This document shows positions 56,450-64,000 of a stretch of DNA of 64,000 nucleotides, piece by piece (positions within the stretch are counted from its first letter, which is position 1; each line of letters begins with the position of its first letter). The position numbers and the translations under genes were made by a program. The stretch comes from the human T2T-CHM13v2.0 reference genome, Homo sapiens, in the NCBI RefSeq assembly GCF_009914755.1, contig NC_060929.1. One strand, 5' to 3'. Under the pieces are notes generated by a model. That model saw only the letters and a list, made by a program, of their open reading frames with translations. It made no database searches and was not told the origin of the DNA.

Positions 56450-58295
56450 GGTTGTTTCCCAATTTCTGTTGGTATAGATCATTTGATGATAAATTATAAA
56501 GTGATTTTTATTCAATTATTTCCCAATGATATAATCCTAACAGTGTGATGTGATTGCTAGGTCAAAGGGTGTGTCATTTTAAGGCTTTTGATATGAATTG
56601 ACAAGTTCATATCAAAAATCTTCTGGAAAGTTTTTTCCCTTTAAACTTCTGCCAGGAGAGTTTGAGAATGAAAACACAAGCATTCTAAGGAACAATATAC
56701 ATGTGGTGTAGAATTCTCTAACCCGGAGCTAAATCTTTGGTCAAGCCATCACCTCTTGACTGCCTATGACAAAGGGTGAGTAGCCTGAGACTACTCCAGT
56801 TCCAAACACCAGACCACAGGCAGCCAGTTTGTTCACTCCTGAGTTCCATATGAATTTTGGGGGAGTAGAGGAGAAATTGGTAAGGGGTGAAGAGTTAGAA
56901 TAGCCTGGATAGATGAGTTCAGACTGTTCAGACAGTCTTTGTTTTCTATATTCTAAATTACCCCCTTTCAGTTCTTCACATGGCATTAATGGATAGATAA
57001 AACTCCCAGTTCATCCCATTGACAAAGAGAAACACAGACAGAAGACAGGGAACGTTCTGGTTCATTTGGGGGCAGCTATAGGCTGTCTTTTTCTTCTGGC
57101 TACACGCACACTGTTGAAGGAGAGCCTTTTCCTACTCAGCATTCTTTTCATAAATAACTCTGTTCTGCTGTCTCTTGTTGGGGTCAGGTTACTACAGGCT
57201 TTCGAATATCCTAGATGCATTGCAGGAAATTAAATATGGAATCATTGCTTCTTCTTCTTTGCATTTTGTCTCTGGAGACTGGTACTTCCACAATTGGGTA
57301 AATATTTTAATTTAGAGGTGGAGAGGAATCTGAAACTGAAATATAGAGAAGGTAGGTTCTTTCACCCAGGTAATGGAGAGGGCTTAACAATAGTTCCTGG
57401 TAAACAGGAGTAGTTTAATGAATTAGGCACTTTGAGCTTTAATGTAGTTTTATCTTCGGGAAGATACCAAGAGAAGAATGAAAACTTGGCATGAACAGGG
57501 AAGGCCATTTAAAAGCAAATAATCAAGAGTTGGTTATATTTGATGTTTGCTACCACAAAAATTTACCTCAATTATGTTAAACCAAGCAAGAATAGACAAA
57601 ATTAAATAACGTTGTAAATGAGCTGCCACATTAAAGTCACCTAAGGATCACCCAGCCAGACACCATGGGGGAATGGAAAATACTTAGAGACCAAGAGACA
57701 GATAGCTCTGTGAGTAACCAGCTGCATAGCTTCAGGAAAATACACAATCTCTCTGTTTCATTCTCCTCTCATGATATATGAAGGTATTAATACCAACTTA
57801 ACAGAGTAATTGTCAGGCTTAAATGAGAGAATACACAAAACACCTAGCATAGTACATGGCACACAGAATTTGTTCCTCAAACAGAGGTGTCCTTGCACTT
57901 CTGGGAGCAGAAGGAGGATTGCAGATATTTCAAGGGCCTTTCAATCTTGATGTGGAATCTCGATGTTCCAATGAGAACATGTGAAACAAGGAGAACAATT
58001 ATGCACTGAACAGTACCATAGTGACCACAAGTATGACAGGAATTCAGACAAGGGAGGTCTGAATGTGCTGGGCTACTCTGCCAGTGAAAGATTCGTCTAA
58101 ATGTTGGGTCATAGATACTAGGGTTCCAGGAAAAGCAACATTAAAGAAGCAAATTGTGCAAAGAGGATATTGAAAATGGGCGGGGTGGGGTGGGATGCTG
58201 GAGCAAAGACACAAAAAATGGTAGGGATATTGAGTTAAGTAAAAGAGATTTAAAAAGCTTTTCAAGTGATCCATAATCTATAGAAAGAGCAATTC

Positions 58296-58575
<280 letters not shown>

Positions 58576-58580
<5 letters not shown>

Positions 58581-58583
58581 GGA

Positions 58584-58649
<66 letters not shown>

Positions 58650-58662
58650 GAGAGAGAGGGGG

Positions 58663-58693
<31 letters not shown>

Positions 58694-58782
58694 GAGAGAG
58701 AGAAAGGGAGACAGAGAGAGAGAGAAAGAAAGAAAGAGAGAAGAGAGAAGGAAGGAAGGAAGGAAAGAAAGAAAGAAAAAAG
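58576..58782. repeat. Compound (GAAA)n(GA)n(GGAA)n polypurine tract derived from the Alu tail
   Basis: Direct reading; the tract lies between the Alu body and its TSD. Confidence 0.95.
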
Positions 58783-61700
58783 CAATTCATGCTCATAATA
58801 GATACATTAAAAAAAATAATTGGAATGACCAAGGAGGATTACGGTATGAGCATGTACTGAATAAATACTAATAGATGAAAATAATGGTTTATCACAATTC
58901 ATTTTGGAAATAAGAAAAAGATCTGGGAATATAAACCAATTGGTCACACACTTTCCAAAAAAGAAATGACCCCAGTATTAATTTGTATAATGATTAGTAG
59001 ATAGGACATGAAGAAAGCTCTTTTTTCCAACTGATGGTGATGATGTAATTACTTTGGTCCACTTGACGTGACACCATGGCTTTCCCTTCAGTATCATTAC
59101 AGTTTTAATCACAGCAGGACAGCCCTGCTGGTCTTCACTTGGCTTGTCTAAATCCTAGGGTTTTCATTTCCTGCATATCTTTATAGTGAATTCCTTTAAT
59201 TCACTCATATTAAAATAAAAAAGACCAAGAGAACAAAGGAATCACTTGCTTTAAAGGTGGAAAAAATATGAGGCTCACTTTCCCCTACCTAATATCCATC
59301 AGGGACTTCCTAATGTTCAGGTAAAGACAACTTCTTGAAATTCTTTTTGGTTTGTCCCTTTTCACATTAACCAAGTAGTATGTGTTCATTGGCAAAATCT
59401 TGGGAAATGCAAGTCAACAAAAAGAAAAAAAAATTCACCTGTAATTCTACCACCTGAACACTTTTTATATTTTTATATTTCCTTCAGGTCTTTTTTTCTA
59501 TGCACATACAAACAAATTTTAATAGACACAGTGTTTTCAAATCTACATTTTCATTGAATATATTCTAAACATCTTTGAGTTCATTGCCATTTTTTAATCT
59601 GTGATACTTGTTTAAACATTTATAACATGTCCATCTTGTGATACTCTTTATATCTTCATTACATTCCAACCAGTCAAGGCAATTTTATGCAGTTTTATAC
59701 TTTGTAGCTAGATATTAAAAACTTAGAGGTTAAATGACTATGCATTTTTAAGGCATCTGCTATTCCCTCACCCAACCTTGGGTTATGATCTACTCCTTAG
59801 GGTTGTGTTTCCCCCCATCTTTTCTCCTTCTCCCTCTCGGCCTCACTTCCCTCAAAGAGACACTGTAGGCCAATGGGAGAATAAGTGAAGTCCATAAATA
59901 ATTGTAATCACTACCACTGGCAAATAAAAAGACTTTGGATTCAGAAGAGGATTTCTTCAATCAGCTTGCAAACATGCCTACATATCTGAAGGCAAAGGAA
60001 TTAAGAGACTTTTCTGTAGAATTTTTTTTTGCTTGTTTTCCTTTTGAAAGGAGGAAAAAAATAAGTGATGTTTTTTATCTCTCTCTTTTAACAATTAACA
60101 AAACAAAAATCCAGAATGGACAGGATGCATGCTTATGTCATACAATCAGCTGGTAGCTGAACAAATATTAAACTCTGACTTCTGATTCCCAAATTTGTGC
60201 CTTTCCACTGTGTCACATTGCTTTACTCTAAACAAATCAGAGCTGGGATAAGTGAACTTGGTACCAAAATAACAACTGTGGGAAAAGAACACTTGTCAAG
60301 TCAAGGGATTCTCTGTTTATGAGATATTCTTCTGACTCCATATACAACAGCAGTACATGCCCTGAGAGATGGGAGAGAAGGAAAAAGATAATCTTTTATT
60401 TTTTTTCATTTGATTTTTCCTTCTAAGGAGAGCTATATTCATACTTTGATTAAAATATCACACATATGGGTAAGCTGGCTTCCAACATGGCCTCTAAAAA
60501 GGGAAAGCTAGACAGTGGCTTCCTGAATGTGCAAGTGCAAATATTTTGCAGAGCAGAGAATGCTCTTACCTTGGGGGTCCACTTAACACAGATTCATAAT
60601 GCTGAGTGGAAAGTGGCCGTAATATAAACTGATAAAAGCCCTTAAATAAACCAAAAACCTCTCAATGAGATCGGCCAGTCAATCACTCATTTTCTGCTTG
60701 CACATTGGCCTTAAGGATGCAGTATCTGGGCTGCAGCAGAGAAAACAGTAGTCAATTCCTTTATGCATTGGATTGAATAGTTAGCCTGGCAGCATACCAC
60801 ATTATATGCACTGTTTGATGTACAGCTTGAATTTAATGACCTGTTGGCTAAACTGAATGGCAACATTGTGTGTGCACACGCGTGCACGCACACACACATA
60901 TACACAGAGTGAAAGAGAAAAATGACAATAAGCTGATATTGCCTTATTACCTTGAGAAGCATTTACTATGACAAAGAACTGACGGAAAATGTGATGGACA
61001 GTCACAAAGTCATAAACACATTGGCTTATAGCTGGATGAGTCCTTGTAGAGAATCCATCTCAACACTTCCTTTTCACTTAAAGGAAAATAAACAGTTTAA
61101 GGGATTTGCAATAGTTGTACAGGTTTCTGGCTCAGTGGCATTTGACTACACACCAAGAGAGAATTTACAGATTACTTAATACCAAGGTTGGAGTACTGAT
61201 AATCATAGCTCAAAGAAGAAAAATCCAAAGTGAAGGCAGGCAAATCAGAATCAATACTCTCATTAAGTACTCAGTGACCTTTTTCCCTCCAGGTTTATAT
61301 TTTTCTCACTTTCTGGGTTGATTTTTATGTATTAAATACAGAAAAAATAATAATGAAAGAGTCCCTTGACTGTAACTGAAATCAATGTATCTAATGTGTT
61401 TTCCAATATTTCTCATGCATATGCCCTCATTAGATTCACATGCAAGAAACGGTTCAAATTGGAAAAAAATCTTTAAAAAGCCATTCATAATTTTCCTCGT
61501 AGGATTTAATAGTCATTTCTTACTTCAGTCTTATACTCTGTTTTCTAATAGTTACTAAGTGATGAAGTTTCAAGCATGCTGAAATTGAGCACAGCAAACC
61601 ATTCAGTCTGCAAAGTGATCTGTTTGTGTTGTTTTGTTTGCTTTATTTTAAAAATCCATTTTCTTGCATTACTCCCTGAATCATGGCCATTCATGGCTTG

Positions 61701-64000
61701 ATTCCATGTAACTAACATTCTTTTTTAACTTTAAGGCAAGACAGGTTACAAAACCCCTACACACACACACACTTTCAGGTTTGTAAACTCAATTTTCATG
61801 CATTTACTGTTTTTCTTCATTCATGTGCCTTGATTGATGTTCTTAAGTTTTCTTGTATAGATTTTTACATATTTGATACTCAATTTGTAAATGTTCTTAT
61901 GTTCTGATAAAGGCCTCTGGGTCTCTCAGCAAAATTTTAGTGCCTCAAGGCTTACAGCTTACCGTGCTTTTAGGATTAAGTTTTATTCATCTTTGTAGGT
62001 TCCCTACTCACTACTTACTCCCCTACACATACGCCTAACTTAGAAGAACCCATCGTAGCTGTTAGAATTATTTCTAAACTTAATTCTTCATTGTATTACA
62101 ATCAAGACCACAAATTTCACAAATACCTTTTTGCATTCAGCTTAAAATATATTTTTCAGTTCTGTTCCCATTCAAAATGTTCAAATATGCCTCTAGTTCC
62201 TAATTGAACAGGTTTATTAGGTGACATCATTTTAAAAAACAGATACTCTTTGGTAGTAATTTACATAAAAATAAGTCATGTGAGTTATTTTAACATTCAT
62301 TACTGAGATGGGTTTGGTCAGACAGTATTAAAATATACTATCTAATGGACAGCATTACAATGCGTAATAAACAGCATCAGGAAGTAGGCACTATAAAATA
62401 ATTCACACTCTGCTTTTACTTCCCCAATAAAGAACAAATATGATTTCGCTTAAATAAGACTTTATATCTTTATGGCAAATGTTAAAGTATTAAAATTTTG
62501 TTTGAGGCCTGGTCCTTTTGTGGCTGAATGGGAGACACATACTGTCACAATGTTTGTAATGTTTTATTGTTAACTTTTTTGTTTATAGACTTGTCTTCCT
62601 ACATAAGCCTTTTGAGAATAGGATCCTGATCTTTATCCCATACACCTAGTATGAAAACAAGCATGAAGAAGCCATTTGGCTAACCATTTATTAGCTGGTT
62701 GAATTTGGGCATGTTCCTTAACATTTCTCTGTCTTAGTTTCCTCAAATACAGAAGTTAAAGGGGAGTAGAGTAGTTCCTGCCTCAATGATATCACGGTTG
62801 TCAAATGATCAGAACTCCGCCTGGCACACAGCAGGTGCTCATTCAGTACTCCTCCTTTGTACAACTCAGGGAGGTGCCACTCACACAGTCCTCCCCGGAG
62901 TTGTGCCCCTCTGGAACCCACCCTCAAAGTGTGAGATGTCATAATCATCTTCCTCATCATCATGATTATTAGGCCCAAGAAGAGAAAGATTTCATTTCAT
63001 CTAAACTACGGAGAGGGCGGCAAAAGTGTAAGCAGATCCTTCATGATAAGGATGACTGTGCCTACCTCCTAAAGGGAAAAAGCTCAGAATTCTGCAGAAT
63101 GTGTATGGATTTTTGTCCTGTCATGTAATAATCCTTGTTAGAGCTTTTCAATAAAAATGGATTATGACTGAGCCACATAGTATTAAACTTGGATTTTTGT
63201 CTTATTACCATGTATTCTAATAATTACTATGAACTAAACCCACTATAGACTAATGAAAATAGGATGCTGAATATCCCAGTGACAATTGAAATTTTTAGTT
63301 TTTAAAGAAATTAGGTATACAGAATGTCAATTGCATTAATTATATCATTGGGTTTCAAACTATTTTGAGACAAGATCTTTTTTTTTTTTTTTTCAAAATA
63401 TTAGGACATCAATGGGTATTTTGTGTAGAGCGCCTGGATCCTATCCTCCTTGCCTTTTCCTTCTGTCTAGGGCTCAGCAGAAACACTGTGTTTGTCTCTG
63501 TAAACCAGATGGAACTGCTGACCCAGGTGGAGCAAAACTGGATAGTCAAATATTTGGGTTTGTAGATGATTTAAACATTTTGATATCAACATCTTTCCTT
63601 AAAAATATTTACCACATTTTGTTAAAGATGTAAAATGCATTTTAGTAAATCTGGAAATCAGAGAACTCAAAGAAAAATTTCTCATAAACTTACCACCTAC
63701 AACGAATTCCTTTTAATATTTTCATTTGCACTATTTTGGCCCTTTAAAACGTATGTATATATGTTTGTGTAATTTTCTTTTCACAGAATTGGGATTAAAT
63801 TCTATCTTTTGATTTTTGACTTTTTTTTTAACTTAGACAAATCTTACATATTTTTTCTATATCACTAAACATTTTTCTACAACATACTGTTTAAAGGGCT
63901 TCATTGCATTCCACATTTGGGATAGGTCACAATTAACTTATCATATATATGTGATCCATATATCTGTATATTTGACTATCTACAGTGACTCCAAAGGACT

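Overview
This is AT-rich, repeat-dense primate (human-like) genomic DNA, intergenic or deep intronic; I cannot support any cellular protein-coding exon or RNA gene. The main components are: a full-length, inactivated L1PA3/PA2-type LINE-1 (minus strand, 9514-15571, 18-bp TSD) beside an old L1M remnant; a 3'-truncated MER41B ERV1 provirus (LTR, tRNA-Arg PBS, internal sequence) with a nested MaLR LTR; solo LTRs (MER31, THE1, MER50, MLT1 and a MER4 fragment); many Alu, MIR and L2 copies; and DNA-transposon relics. The most unusual items are a double-tailed inverted L1 at 27.2-28.4 kb, a short 3' transduction (plus extra 5' bases) that may fingerprint the full-length L1's source locus, a 3'-UTR-only retrocopy inside a MIR, intact tandem STAT/GAS sites in MER41B, and a template-switch scar at 30.3 kb. 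I found no convincing novel multi-gene system. Subfamily calls come from recalled consensus sequences, not from a search.
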